Shown in pieces: positions 17,478-26,177 of a stretch of 34,355 bases of DNA. Origin of the DNA: a virus; UHGV virus genome UHGV-2160239. One strand, written 5' to 3'. A model generated the notes under the pieces. It did no database searches. It saw only the letters and a list, made by a program, of their open reading frames with translations, and was not told the DNA's origin. Position 1 is the first letter of the stretch, and every line of letters begins with the position of its first letter. The translations under genes were made by a program, and so were the position numbers.

Positions 17478-17981
17478 GTGAACCCCATGAGTATGGTTGC
17501 CAGAACCAACCCCGGACCCGCAGAGGATGACATCACCGATACCGATGATGGTGATACCCGTATTTCAGCGGGTGCATTCTGGCCGGATATTGTGCTGCGT
17601 GAGCTGCGTCTGGCGGTACGACTGCCGGGGCGCGTGACCACCTCCCGCCTGCTGCATACCGCCACCGGGGCGGTGGCTCACGTTACCCGCGAGCTGGAAG
17701 CATGGCAGCAGGAACAGCAGGCGGCTGGCCATCAGACGCTGGCCGATGTTCCGGCACCCGTAATTAACGGAGAAAGCGTCAATCTCTGGCACTGGCGCAA
17801 TGCGGTTTATACCGCCACGCGCGCCCTGATTCTGGAGCGTTACCGCGATGCGGACACAACGGATAAGGGCGACCGCCGGGCGGACGCACTGGATATACAG
17901 ACATCGGATTTGTGGCGCGATGTGAGCTGGGCCATCTCTGACATTCTGCGCCGCCCGCGAATTTTTGCGGAGCTGTGCTGA
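17478..17981 (+). CDS. L: Head completion / stabilisation protein (P2 gpL-like)
   Basis: 167 aa; position and size as P2 L; stop overlaps the X start. Confidence 0.8.
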   Translation: MNPMSMVARTNPGPAEDDITDTDDGDTRISAGAFWPDIVLRELRLAVRLPGRVTTSRLLHTATGAVAHVTRELEAWQQEQQAAGHQTLADVPAPVINGESVNLWHWRNAVYTATRALILERYRDADTTDKGDRRADALDIQTSDLWRDVSWAISDILRRPRIFAELC

Positions 17982-18181
17982 TGAAAGTGAAGGCACTGGA
18001 AGGCGACACCGTGGATTCGCTCTGTTTCCGGTACTACGGCACGACGCAGGGCGTCACCGAAAAGGTGCTGGATGCCAACCCCGGACTCTGTCAGCAGGTA
18101 TTTCTGGACGCCGGGCAGGACGTGGAGATGCCGGAGCCGGAGAAGAAGAAACGAGAAATGATTCAGTTGTGGGGGGAGTAG
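17981..18181 (+). CDS. X: Tail protein X (LysM-like, P2 gpX)
   Basis: 66 aa from ATG 17981; MKVKALEGDTVDSLCFRYYGTTQGV ... ANPGL matches the gpX pattern. Confidence 0.8.
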   Translation: MKVKALEGDTVDSLCFRYYGTTQGVTEKVLDANPGLCQQVFLDAGQDVEMPEPEKKKREMIQLWGE

Positions 18182-18183
18182 CA

Positions 18184-18507
18184 GTGAGCACCATTCAAAC
18201 AGGGATCACAGAGCAGGTTATTGCGTGGCTCTTTGACCACCTGCCAACGGTGTATGCAGTAGGCGCGGCGGTCAGCATTTCCGCGCTGATGAGTCTTTAT
18301 GACGGACGAACACTGGTTCAGACCGTAACGGGATCGCTGGCGTGCGGCGTTCTTGCCATGGCCGTGGCCGGGTCGTTGCGCTTCTTCGGTTTTCCTGAAG
18401 ATGCCGTGACGTTTATCGGCGCATCAATCGGTTTTATGGGGGCAGAGAAAGCACGCGACAAGGTTATTGCGGCCTTTAATCGCAGGGTGAAGGAGAAAGA
18501 CGAATGA
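18184..18507 (+). CDS. Holin (putative)
   Basis: 107 aa from GTG 18184 (GGGGAG RBS); hydrophobic helices and charged C-terminus; directly upstream of the endolysin, stop overlaps its start. Confidence 0.55.
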   Translation: MSTIQTGITEQVIAWLFDHLPTVYAVGAAVSISALMSLYDGRTLVQTVTGSLACGVLAMAVAGSLRFFGFPEDAVTFIGASIGFMGAEKARDKVIAAFNRRVKEKDE

Positions 18508-18896
18508 GCAACACATTTAAATTCAGCAGCCGGAGCGAAAAGAATTTGCAGGGCGTAAATCCTGATCTGGTGAAAGTGACCCGACGGGCACTGGAAATCT
18601 CGGAAGTGGATTTTGGTATCACCGAAGGGTTGCGCAGCCGTTACCGCCAGAAGCAACTTGTGGCCACAGGTAAGAGCCAGACCATGAACAGCCGCCACCT
18701 TACGGGGCATGCCGTGGATGTTGTGGCTTATATCGGCAGCCAGGTGTCATGGGAATGGCCGCTGTACGAAAAAATCGCAGCAGCATTCAGACAGGCCAGC
18801 CGGGAACTGAATATTCCGGTGGAATGGGGCGGCGACTGGAAGACCCTGAAAGACGGACCGCATTTTCAGTTACCACACGGAGCCTATCCGGCATGA
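18504..18896 (+). CDS. Endolysin, peptidase M15 family (zinc L-Ala-D-Glu / D-Ala-D-Ala peptidase type)
   Basis: 130 aa; SRHLTGHAVDVVAY (His-x6-Asp zinc ligands) and C-terminal GGDW ... DGPHFQ histidine, the M15/VanY-like signature; sits in the lysis cassette. Confidence 0.8.
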   Translation: MSNTFKFSSRSEKNLQGVNPDLVKVTRRALEISEVDFGITEGLRSRYRQKQLVATGKSQTMNSRHLTGHAVDVVAYIGSQVSWEWPLYEKIAAAFRQASRELNIPVEWGGDWKTLKDGPHFQLPHGAYPA

Positions 18897-19300
18897 AGCT
18901 CTGGCCCACGCTGGGTGTCGCTTTCCTTCTGATTGCCGCATGGGGAACATCCATGCGTCTGTCGTGGTCGCTGGGTCGGGAGAACACCAGAAACGAAGCG
19001 CAGGCCAGCACCCTGAAAAGTACCGTCGACACACTGAATATCATCAGCGCCGGGGTACAGGATATGCAGCAGGTGCTGGCGCAACTCCGCGTGGAAAATC
19101 AACAGCGAAATCAGGACGGAGAGGCCAGACGTGAACAGCTACGCAACGATATTGCAAAAGATGAATGCGCCCACGCTTTGCCTGACGCTCGTTTTACTGA
19201 CAGGTTGCGCAGGCACGCAGAACGCGCCACGGCCAGCGCCGTCAGTCCGGCTTATACCGCAGACGCTGACCATACCGGTAATGCCTCCCCCCTTCCCTGA
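18893..19300 (+). CDS. Inner-membrane spanin (i-spanin, LysB/Rz-like)
   Basis: 135 aa from ATG 18893 (start overlaps the endolysin stop); N-terminal TM helix LWPTLGVAFLLIAAW then a charged coiled coil. Confidence 0.6.
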   Translation: MKLWPTLGVAFLLIAAWGTSMRLSWSLGRENTRNEAQASTLKSTVDTLNIISAGVQDMQQVLAQLRVENQQRNQDGEARREQLRNDIAKDECAHALPDARFTDRLRRHAERATASAVSPAYTADADHTGNASPLP

Positions 19301-19451
19301 TACTCCCACATGGGGAAATCTCGGTATATGGGGCGACCGCCTTCTGGATGCACTTGAAACCTGTAACGCGGATAAACGGGCCATTGAATTACTGGAACAG
19401 CGCAGGCTGCAACGACTGAACAACGAGGACAACAACCATGCTGAAAACTGA
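19161..19451 (+). CDS. Outer-membrane lipoprotein spanin (o-spanin, LysC/Rz1-like)
   Basis: 96 aa from ATG 19161; signal plus lipobox LLTGC; Pro-rich; starts inside the 3-prime end of the i-spanin gene in another frame. Confidence 0.55.
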   Translation: MNAPTLCLTLVLLTGCAGTQNAPRPAPSVRLIPQTLTIPVMPPPFPDTPTWGNLGIWGDRLLDALETCNADKRAIELLEQRRLQRLNNEDNNHAEN

Positions 19452-19905
19452 TTCCCTGCGTGAAGCCATGACCCGTTCATGCCGATGGTGTCAGGCCAAC
19501 CCGGAAAAATTCACCATTTTCGTGGAGAGCGGCAACATTGAAACGACCGGAGAAACGCCCTCGTTTGTTTACCGCTATCAGATGGTGATGTTTGTCATGG
19601 ATTACGCCGGGGAGCTGGACGACCTCACGCTGCCGTTACTGGCGTGGTTATCCGAAAATCAGCCACAGTTGTTGCTCAATCCGGAGCGTAATCAGGACAT
19701 CAAATTCTCTGCCGTTATTAATGACGATGACAGCGCCGATCTCCTGTTTACGCTTCCCCTGCGGGAACGTGTTCGCATCACGCGCAGCAGTCAGGGCACA
19801 CCGCAGGCAGAACACCTTCCGGAGCCAAAAACCCGCCTGCCATCTTCCGAAGGCGACTGGTCGCATGTATTCCAGGATGTGACGTGGGGGGAAAGCGATG
19901 GATAA
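19438..19905 (+). CDS. R: Tail completion protein (P2 gpR-like)
   Basis: 155 aa; position after the lysis genes and before S; family-typical size. Confidence 0.75.
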   Translation: MLKTDSLREAMTRSCRWCQANPEKFTIFVESGNIETTGETPSFVYRYQMVMFVMDYAGELDDLTLPLLAWLSENQPQLLLNPERNQDIKFSAVINDDDSADLLFTLPLRERVRITRSSQGTPQAEHLPEPKTRLPSSEGDWSHVFQDVTWGESDG

Positions 19906-20533
19906 GGCATTCATTCGCGTGGATGAAACTTTTGAGGCCATCCGCGACAGCCTGAATCAGCAGGCCATCAATAACATCGCCAGAAAGCTGGCACAGGATT
20001 TACGCCGCGCCCAGCAGGCGCGTATCCGGTCACAGAAAGCGCCGGACGGGACCGCGTGGACACCACGCAGACGCCGCGTAACCCGGATACAGGAGCGCAT
20101 TCGCTTTATCTGGAATAACGAAACACGCACGCTGAAAAACTGGCATCACGACACGGGGAAATACGGGCGAACCATTACCGGGTGGGATGAGGATAAAAAC
20201 AATATCCGCACGTTTTACCGGGATGACATCGACCGTTTTCTGGAAATACGCACCCGGCGTATCAACCAGGACAGCACAAAGCACGTCCCCATGTTCGTGA
20301 AACTGCGCACCACCCGTTACCTGAAAGCCCGCGCGGATGCCTCCGGTGTGACGGTGGGTTACAGCGGCGTGGCCGCACGTATTGCACGCGTTCATCAGTT
20401 CGGCGAGCGCGATCAGGTTGCGCCGGGCATTTTCACCGATTACCCGGTACGTGAGCTGCTGGGTATCAGTCAGGCAGATGAACGCCTGATTTATAACACG
20501 GTGCTGGGCCGGATTGCGGAGGCTGTACGGTGA
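19898..20533 (+). CDS. S: Tail completion protein (P2 gpS-like)
   Basis: 211 aa; overlapping start/stop with R and V as in P2. Confidence 0.75.
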   Translation: MDKAFIRVDETFEAIRDSLNQQAINNIARKLAQDLRRAQQARIRSQKAPDGTAWTPRRRRVTRIQERIRFIWNNETRTLKNWHHDTGKYGRTITGWDEDKNNIRTFYRDDIDRFLEIRTRRINQDSTKHVPMFVKLRTTRYLKARADASGVTVGYSGVAARIARVHQFGERDQVAPGIFTDYPVRELLGISQADERLIYNTVLGRIAEAVR

Positions 20534-21111
20534 GCGCAGAACTCATGCGACTGCTGAGCAACATCATCCGCACCGGGATCATCTCTGAAGTTGATGAGAA
20601 GTCCTGGCGCGTGCGCGTTCGCAGCGGCGAACTGGAAACAGGCTGGCTGCGCTGGAACACCACGCGCGCGGGAGCCTTCAATGTGTGGCTGCCGCCATCA
20701 CCAGGCGAACAGGTGGTAATTGCCTGCATTGGCGGCAACCCGGAAACCGCCATGATAATTGGCAGCCTGTGGAGTGATACCAATCCGGCACCCGGCAAAA
20801 GCCTGAAAGAAATCGTGATCAGCGCGCCGGACGGCGCGGTGTTCCGCTACGACGCGGACGCAGGCGCACTGAGCGCCAGCGGCATGAAAACGGCCACTTT
20901 ACAGGCATCCGTCAGCGTGAAACTGGATACGCCCGTCGTGGAATGCACAGACCTTCTGAGAACGGCGACGCTTGACGTCACAAAAGGAGGAAAGATGAGC
21001 GGCAATATCACGCACAGCGGCGGCAACTTCACCTCAAACGGCATTACCGTGCATACGCATAAACACGGTGGCGTGAAAGGCGGCAGCGATTCGACAGGAG
21101 GCCCGCAGTGA
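20530..21111 (+). CDS. V: Baseplate central spike (P2 gpV-like)
   Basis: 193 aa from GTG 20530; C-terminal HTHKHGG iron-binding apex motif typical of gpV/gp5-like spikes. Confidence 0.85.
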   Translation: MSAELMRLLSNIIRTGIISEVDEKSWRVRVRSGELETGWLRWNTTRAGAFNVWLPPSPGEQVVIACIGGNPETAMIIGSLWSDTNPAPGKSLKEIVISAPDGAVFRYDADAGALSASGMKTATLQASVSVKLDTPVVECTDLLRTATLDVTKGGKMSGNITHSGGNFTSNGITVHTHKHGGVKGGSDSTGGPQ

Positions 21112-21458
21112 CAACCCGCTACACAGGAATGAATCCGGACGGGACGGGAAACCTGAACGATATGGAGCACCTGAAACAGTCAGTCAGGGACATCCTGATC
21201 ACCCCGCTGGCAAGCCGGGTTATGCGACGGGAATATGGCAGCCTTGTGCCTGATTTGATTGACGAACCCATGAATAACACCACGCGTCTGCAATGCATGA
21301 GTGCTGCCGTGATTGCACTGACACGATGGGAACCCCGCATTGCCCTGGATGCCATCGACGTTGTCTGGAAGGCAGGAGGCCGCGCCGGGGTGACGCTGTC
21401 GGGCACTGTCATGCAGACCATGCAGAATGTTGAATTAACCATCACGCTGAGAGAGTAA
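21108..21458 (+). CDS. W: Baseplate wedge protein (P2 gpW / gp25-like)
   Basis: 116 aa, GTG start overlapping the V stop; N-terminus MTTRYTGMN ... SVRDIL ... RVMRREYGS matches the gpW pattern. Confidence 0.85.
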   Translation: MTTRYTGMNPDGTGNLNDMEHLKQSVRDILITPLASRVMRREYGSLVPDLIDEPMNNTTRLQCMSAAVIALTRWEPRIALDAIDVVWKAGGRAGVTLSGTVMQTMQNVELTITLRE

Positions 21459-21461
21459 ATC

Positions 21462-22358
21462 ATGCCTGCCGTTGACCTTTCACAGTTACCGGACCCGGCC
21501 ATCATCGCGGAGCCTGATTTTGAGGCAATTCTGGCTGACACAAAGGCCATGATGATTGCGGCTTATCCCGCCGAACAGCGTGAAGCCGTCTCCGCTGCGC
21601 TGGAGCTGGAATCGGAACCTCTGAACGTTATCGCCCAGACAACAGCGTTTCGTGAAATGCTGTTACGCCAGCGGGTCAATGAGGGTGCACGCGCCTGCAT
21701 GTTAAGCCACAGCGCCGGGACAGACCTGGACAACCTCGCGGGTAATATGAACACAAAGCGCCTGGTTATCACTCCGGCAACGGACACCACCGACGCGGTG
21801 ATGGAGAGCGACACCTCACTGAGACTGCGGGCGCAGCGGGCGTACGACGGCCTGAGTGTCGCTGGCCCGTCAGGTGCATACGAGTATTTTGCCCGCAGCG
21901 CCAGCGGTCTGGTGCGCGATGCGCGGGCTATCAGTCCGTCTCCGGCCTGTGTGACGGTTTCCATCCTGTCCACTGAAGGCGACGGCACAGCAACGGAGGC
22001 GTTGCTTAATACCGTTCGCGCCGTTCTGAATGCAGAGGATACCCGCCCGGTGGCCGACCGCCTGACCGTACAGAGCGCCAGAATCGTGACATGGCGGCTG
22101 AATGCAAAACTGTACTTTTACCCCGGCCCGGAATCCGAACCTATTCTGGCCGCGGCGGAATCGTCGTTCAGGAAGTGGCTGGCTGAGCAGGGGCTTATCG
22201 GTCAGGACGTGGCGTTGTCCGCCATTGCTGCCGCACTGCATGTGCACGGTGTGCAACGCGTGGAGATAATCGAACCCACACAGAATATGGCCATCAGCGA
22301 CATACAGGCGGCGCGCTGTGAGTCATTCACCATCAGCGAAGGTGGGCGTAATGAGTAA
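21462..22358 (+). CDS. J: Baseplate protein J
   Basis: 298 aa; conserved position in the V-W-J-I-H-G operon. Confidence 0.85.
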   Translation: MPAVDLSQLPDPAIIAEPDFEAILADTKAMMIAAYPAEQREAVSAALELESEPLNVIAQTTAFREMLLRQRVNEGARACMLSHSAGTDLDNLAGNMNTKRLVITPATDTTDAVMESDTSLRLRAQRAYDGLSVAGPSGAYEYFARSASGLVRDARAISPSPACVTVSILSTEGDGTATEALLNTVRAVLNAEDTRPVADRLTVQSARIVTWRLNAKLYFYPGPESEPILAAAESSFRKWLAEQGLIGQDVALSAIAAALHVHGVQRVEIIEPTQNMAISDIQAARCESFTISEGGRNE

Positions 22359-22959
22359 TTCACTGTTACCGCCATCAGCCAGCAATTTCATGCGTTGTGC
22401 CGAAGCTGTCGGAACGCGCATTACAGACATCCCGGTAGACCTCAACACGCTGTGGTCGCCGGACACCTGCCCGGTGCATCTGCTGCCTTATCTCGCCTGG
22501 GCGTTTTCCGTTGACCGCTGGGATCGCAACTGGCCGGAAGAGACAAAGCGACAGGTGATTCGTGATGCATGGCTGATACACCGACACAAAGGGACCATCA
22601 GCGCACTGCGAAGAGCCGTGGAACCTCTCGGCTACCTGATTGAAGTAAAGGAGTGGTGGCAACTCAACGAGGAGCCGGGAACATTTCGCATTGTTGTCGG
22701 AGTACTTGATCAGGGCATCACCGATGAAATGTATCAGGAACTTGAGCGCCTTATTGCGGATGCAAAACCAGTAAGTCGCCATCTGACGGGGCTGGCGATC
22801 AGCCTGAGTGTGAACGGAAAGATTTTCGTTGGTACGGGATGCTATCACGGCGATGCCCTGACGGTTTATCCCTACACCCCGGAGTCCATTATTGTCGAAG
22901 GGGATTATTTCCCTGCCCCGGCCATTCATTTAATTGATAATCTGAGAGTAAACGCATGA
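22351..22959 (+). CDS. I: Baseplate protein I
   Basis: 202 aa from ATG 22351; stop overlaps the H start. Confidence 0.8.
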   Translation: MSNSLLPPSASNFMRCAEAVGTRITDIPVDLNTLWSPDTCPVHLLPYLAWAFSVDRWDRNWPEETKRQVIRDAWLIHRHKGTISALRRAVEPLGYLIEVKEWWQLNEEPGTFRIVVGVLDQGITDEMYQELERLIADAKPVSRHLTGLAISLSVNGKIFVGTGCYHGDALTVYPYTPESIIVEGDYFPAPAIHLIDNLRVNA

Positions 22960-24728
22960 CAGTGAAATACTACGCCATTCTGACTAATCAGGGCGCGGCA
23001 CGACTGGCTAACGCGACGATGCTCGGCAGTAAGCTGAATCTGACGCAAATGGCCGTTGGTGATGCAAATGGTGTGTTACCAACACCAGACCCTGCACAAA
23101 CAAAACTGATTAACCAGAAACGCATTGCACCGCTGAATCTTCTGAGTATTGACCCGAACAACCAGAACCAGATTATCGCGGAGCAAATCATCCCTGAGAA
23201 CGAGGGCGGATTCTGGATCCGTGAGATTGGTCTTTATGATGATGAAGGCGTACTCATTGCGGTGGCAAACTGCCCGGAAACGTACAAACCGCAGTTGCAG
23301 GAAGGCAGTGGACGCACCCAGACTATCCGCATGATTCTGGTTGTCACGAACACCGAAGCCATCACGCTGAAAATCGACCCGTCTGTGGTTCTGGCAACCC
23401 GCAAATATGTAGATGACAAAATCTCAGAGCACGAACAATCACGACGTCACCCGGACGCCTCGCTGACCGCAAAAGGTTTTACTCAGTTAAGCAGTGCAAT
23501 TAACAGTGAATCAGAAACACTGGCCGCAACACCGAAAGCGGTTAAGACTGCATATGACCTGGCTGACGGGAAATATACTGCCCAGAACGCCACCACGACA
23601 CAAAAAGGCATTGTTCAGCTCAGTAGCGCCACGAACAGCACATCTGAAACGCTGGCTGCAACGACAAAAGCTGTTAAGGCAGCATACGACCTTGCTAACG
23701 GGAAATATACCGCTCAGGACGCGACTACGGCACGAAAAGGCATTGTTCAGCTCAGTAGCGCCACAAACAGCACATCTGAAACGCTGGCTGCAACGACAAA
23801 AGCTGTTAAGACGGTAATGGATGAAGCGAACAAAAAAGCGCCATTAAACAGCCCGGCACTGACCGGAACGCCAACAACGCCAACAGCGCCAAAGGGTACT
23901 AATAATACTCAGATCGCAAGCACGGCTTATGTTATGGACGCGATTACCGCGCTTGTAGACTCATCACCTGACGCACTGAACACGCTGAACGAGCTGGCGG
24001 AGGCGCTGGGTAACGACCCGAATTTTGCGACCACCATGACTAACGCGCTTGCGGGTAAGCAACCGAAGGATGCCACCCTGACGGCGCTGGCAGGACTTGC
24101 TACAGCAGCAGATAAACTCCCTTATTTTACAGGGGCAGATCGTGCCGCGTTAACTGCACTGACAAGTGTTGGACGCGCCATTATTGGCAAGACCAGCACA
24201 CAGGGGGTTCTTGATTACCTTGGTTTGGGGGGAGGTTCGGCGCTTCCTGTTGGTGTACCAGTTCCGTGGCCCTCTGCAACCCCGCCAACGGGCTGGCTGA
24301 AATGCAACGGCGCTGCCTTTGATAAGGTGAAATATCCAACTCTTGCCAAAGCATACCCATCAGGAAAACTGCCTGATTTACGCGGTGAGTTTATTCGTGG
24401 CTGGGATGATGGACGCGGTGTAGACAGTGGACGATCACTACTCAGTAGTCAGGATGCAACTTTTATTCGTACAGCGTTACAGGATTATTACGGGGTTGAT
24501 ACAACAACCTCTGTCAAGGTGGGGATAGCATTTGCTTCCGCCGATAAAGTACAAACAAGCGGGATACCTGCTAATTCTAAAGCTGGCGACAGCAGTAACT
24601 ATGTTCCGGCTTCGTCTGATAACTCCATTACGGGAACACAGAGAACAGCAGAAGACGGTTTTAATGGTGCATGGATATCAGTGCGACCACGTAATACATC
24701 ATTTAATTATATTGTGAGAGCTGCATAA
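22956..24728 (+). CDS. H: Tail fibre protein (P2 gpH-like) with exchangeable C-terminal receptor-binding domain
   Basis: 590 aa; conserved N-terminus MTVKYYAILTNQGAARLANA; internal 44-aa tandem repeats; C-terminal GWLKCNGAAFDKVKYPTLAKAYPSGKLPDLRGEFIRGWDDGRGVD typical of shared side-fibre tips. Confidence 0.9.
   Translation: MTVKYYAILTNQGAARLANATMLGSKLNLTQMAVGDANGVLPTPDPAQTKLINQKRIAPLNLLSIDPNNQNQIIAEQIIPENEGGFWIREIGLYDDEGVLIAVANCPETYKPQLQEGSGRTQTIRMILVVTNTEAITLKIDPSVVLATRKYVDDKISEHEQSRRHPDASLTAKGFTQLSSAINSESETLAATPKAVKTAYDLADGKYTAQNATTTQKGIVQLSSATNSTSETLAATTKAVKAAYDLANGKYTAQDATTARKGIVQLSSATNSTSETLAATTKAVKTVMDEANKKAPLNSPALTGTPTTPTAPKGTNNTQIASTAYVMDAITALVDSSPDALNTLNELAEALGNDPNFATTMTNALAGKQPKDATLTALAGLATAADKLPYFTGADRAALTALTSVGRAIIGKTSTQGVLDYLGLGGGSALPVGVPVPWPSATPPTGWLKCNGAAFDKVKYPTLAKAYPSGKLPDLRGEFIRGWDDGRGVDSGRSLLSSQDATFIRTALQDYYGVDTTTSVKVGIAFASADKVQTSGIPANSKAGDSSNYVPASSDNSITGTQRTAEDGFNGAWISVRPRNTSFNYIVRAA
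23468..23820 (+). repeat. Tandem 132-bp (44-codon) repeats inside H, about 2.7 copies
   Basis: Units starting near 23468, 23600 and 23732; copies 2 and 3 nearly identical at DNA level (KGIVQLSSATNSTSETLAATTKAVK...). Confidence 0.7.
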
Positions 24729-25330
24729 TGGATAACGCGATATTGAATAATGAACTTATTGCCGTACAGGCAGGAAGCCTCATCGTTTACAACTATGACA
24801 GTGAGACGCGGGAATATATTTCCTCATCAACTGAATATCTTGCTGTGGGAGTCGGTATTCCGGCATATTCTTGTTTAGACGCACCTGGTATACATAAGGC
24901 TGGTTATGCAATCTGCCGTTCTGTGGATTTAAATTCATGGGAATATGTGCCAGACCATCGCGGTGAAATCGTCTATAACACCGAAACGGGTGACGCCAAA
25001 GAAATCACAGCACCGGGCGAATATCCTGAAAACACAACTACTATCGCCCCGTTAACGCCATACGATAAATGGGATGGTGAGAAATGGGTGACAGACACTG
25101 AGGCACAACACAGTGCCGCAGTAGAAGCGGCAGAAGCACAGCGCCAGTCACTGATTGATGCTGCTATGGCTTCCATTAGTCTGATTCAGTTGAAATTGCA
25201 GGCCGGGCGCAAACTGACGCAAACAGAAACAACCCGACTAAACATCGTGTTGGATTACATTGACGCGGTGACGGCAACAGACACCAGCACCGCGCCAGAT
25301 GTCATCTGGCCTGAACTGCCGGAGGCGTAG
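24728..25330 (+). CDS. G: Tail fibre assembly chaperone (P2 gpG / Tfa-like)
   Basis: 200 aa; C-terminal LDYIDAV ... TSTAPDVIWPELP motif characteristic of Tfa proteins; start overlaps the H stop. Confidence 0.85.
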   Translation: MDNAILNNELIAVQAGSLIVYNYDSETREYISSSTEYLAVGVGIPAYSCLDAPGIHKAGYAICRSVDLNSWEYVPDHRGEIVYNTETGDAKEITAPGEYPENTTTIAPLTPYDKWDGEKWVTDTEAQHSAAVEAAEAQRQSLIDAAMASISLIQLKLQAGRKLTQTETTRLNIVLDYIDAVTATDTSTAPDVIWPELPEA

Positions 25331-25553
25331 GCCATTCAATATCTGGAGCACTGGAAATATCGCCCAGTTCCAGTGCATCCAGATAATCCAGCCACAAATT
25401 ATATTGCGTCAGTTCCTCACCTTTCAGACGACCAACAGCTGCTTTACCTGGCCATTGCCTTCTGTTCATGTATTCGTTGGTCTGATTAATCAGTTGCTGT
25501 TTTTTGATGGGGCCGACTAAAGACAGTCGCGACAGGAAACAACTGGCAATAAT
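25302..25553 (-). pseudogene. Remnant of a second, inverted tail fibre assembly gene (C-terminal part only)
   Basis: Minus-strand frame reads ...RLKGEELTQYNLWLDYLDALELGDISSAPDIEWPTPPAVQAR, a Tfa C-terminal motif; ends tail-to-tail with and overlapping the G 3-prime end; N-terminal portion absent. Confidence 0.5.
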
Positions 25554-25641
25554 TTACGGCACTGGTACATCGACGATTTATCGTTACCACCCCGCAGGAG
25601 AATCAAGCGGAACAATTGAGAAGAGTCAGGAAACAAAATAA

Positions 25642-25668
25642 CCGCTAATCTGGCCATTAACGGTTTTT
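25642..25668. terminator. Putative bidirectional terminator between the fibre genes and the U 3-prime end
   Basis: Quasi-palindrome CCGCTAATCTGGCCATTAACGG flanked by an A-run upstream and TTTTT downstream, so it could terminate both convergent transcripts. Confidence 0.4.
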
Positions 25669-25676
25669 GTGTTAAA

Positions 25677-26171
25677 TCAGAACAGCCCTTTAACGGAACT
25701 GGCCGCGCTGTTAAGGGATGATGTCACCTTATCTTTGAAGCCGGACAGCATATCACTGAACGATGAGGATTGCAGGCGCTCCCGCAAATCCTCATCACAA
25801 CGTTCAAGAGTCAGTGAAAATTCTATCTTTTTCGCCTTACCATAGCGATCAAACTCGGAGCGGGTCGTATTCGTTTCAGTCAGCACATACATGCCGTAAA
25901 TCTGCCCGACACCATCAATCAGAGGCCAGGGGCGTCCTGTATATGCCTGCGTGGTCAGCAACGAAAGCGACACTTCGCCACCTGTAATTTCAGGATAAAG
26001 CACGCCGGAAAGCACAATGCGATCATCACCTGCACCTATATACTGCCAGCTTGCTGAACGGTTAACGCGTTCATTTTTCACATGCCGCCAGCTTTTGTTT
26101 TGCTGTAACTGCTGATGCGGCAGTGTGCGCAGCTCAAAAACAAACATGCCGTAGATCATCATCATGACCAT
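25677..26171 (-). CDS. U: Tail protein U (P2 gpU-like)
   Basis: 164 aa; SWRH..N.RVNR ... LSGVL.PE(I/L)TGG pattern matches gpU as I recall it; last gene of the minus-strand tail operon. Confidence 0.8.
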   Translation of the reverse strand: MVMMMIYGMFVFELRTLPHQQLQQNKSWRHVKNERVNRSASWQYIGAGDDRIVLSGVLYPEITGGEVSLSLLTTQAYTGRPWPLIDGVGQIYGMYVLTETNTTRSEFDRYGKAKKIEFSLTLERCDEDLRERLQSSSFSDMLSGFKDKVTSSLNSAASSVKGLF

Positions 26172-26177
26172 GACTCC

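Noticed and set aside
17066-17665. 199-aa minus-strand ORF across the M-L junction
   Set aside because: Antisense to terminase small subunit and head completion genes; Arg/Ser-rich artefact.
23494-23817. 107-aa plus-strand ORF made of repeated LQRQKLLR-like units
   Set aside because: Alternative frame of the tandem repeats inside the tail fibre gene; periodicity is inherited from the DNA repeat, not evidence of a gene.
23468-23820. Possible CRISPR-like repeat array
   Set aside because: Repeats are 132 bp, directly tandem without spacers and in-frame within the tail fibre gene, so they are coding repeats; no cas genes present.
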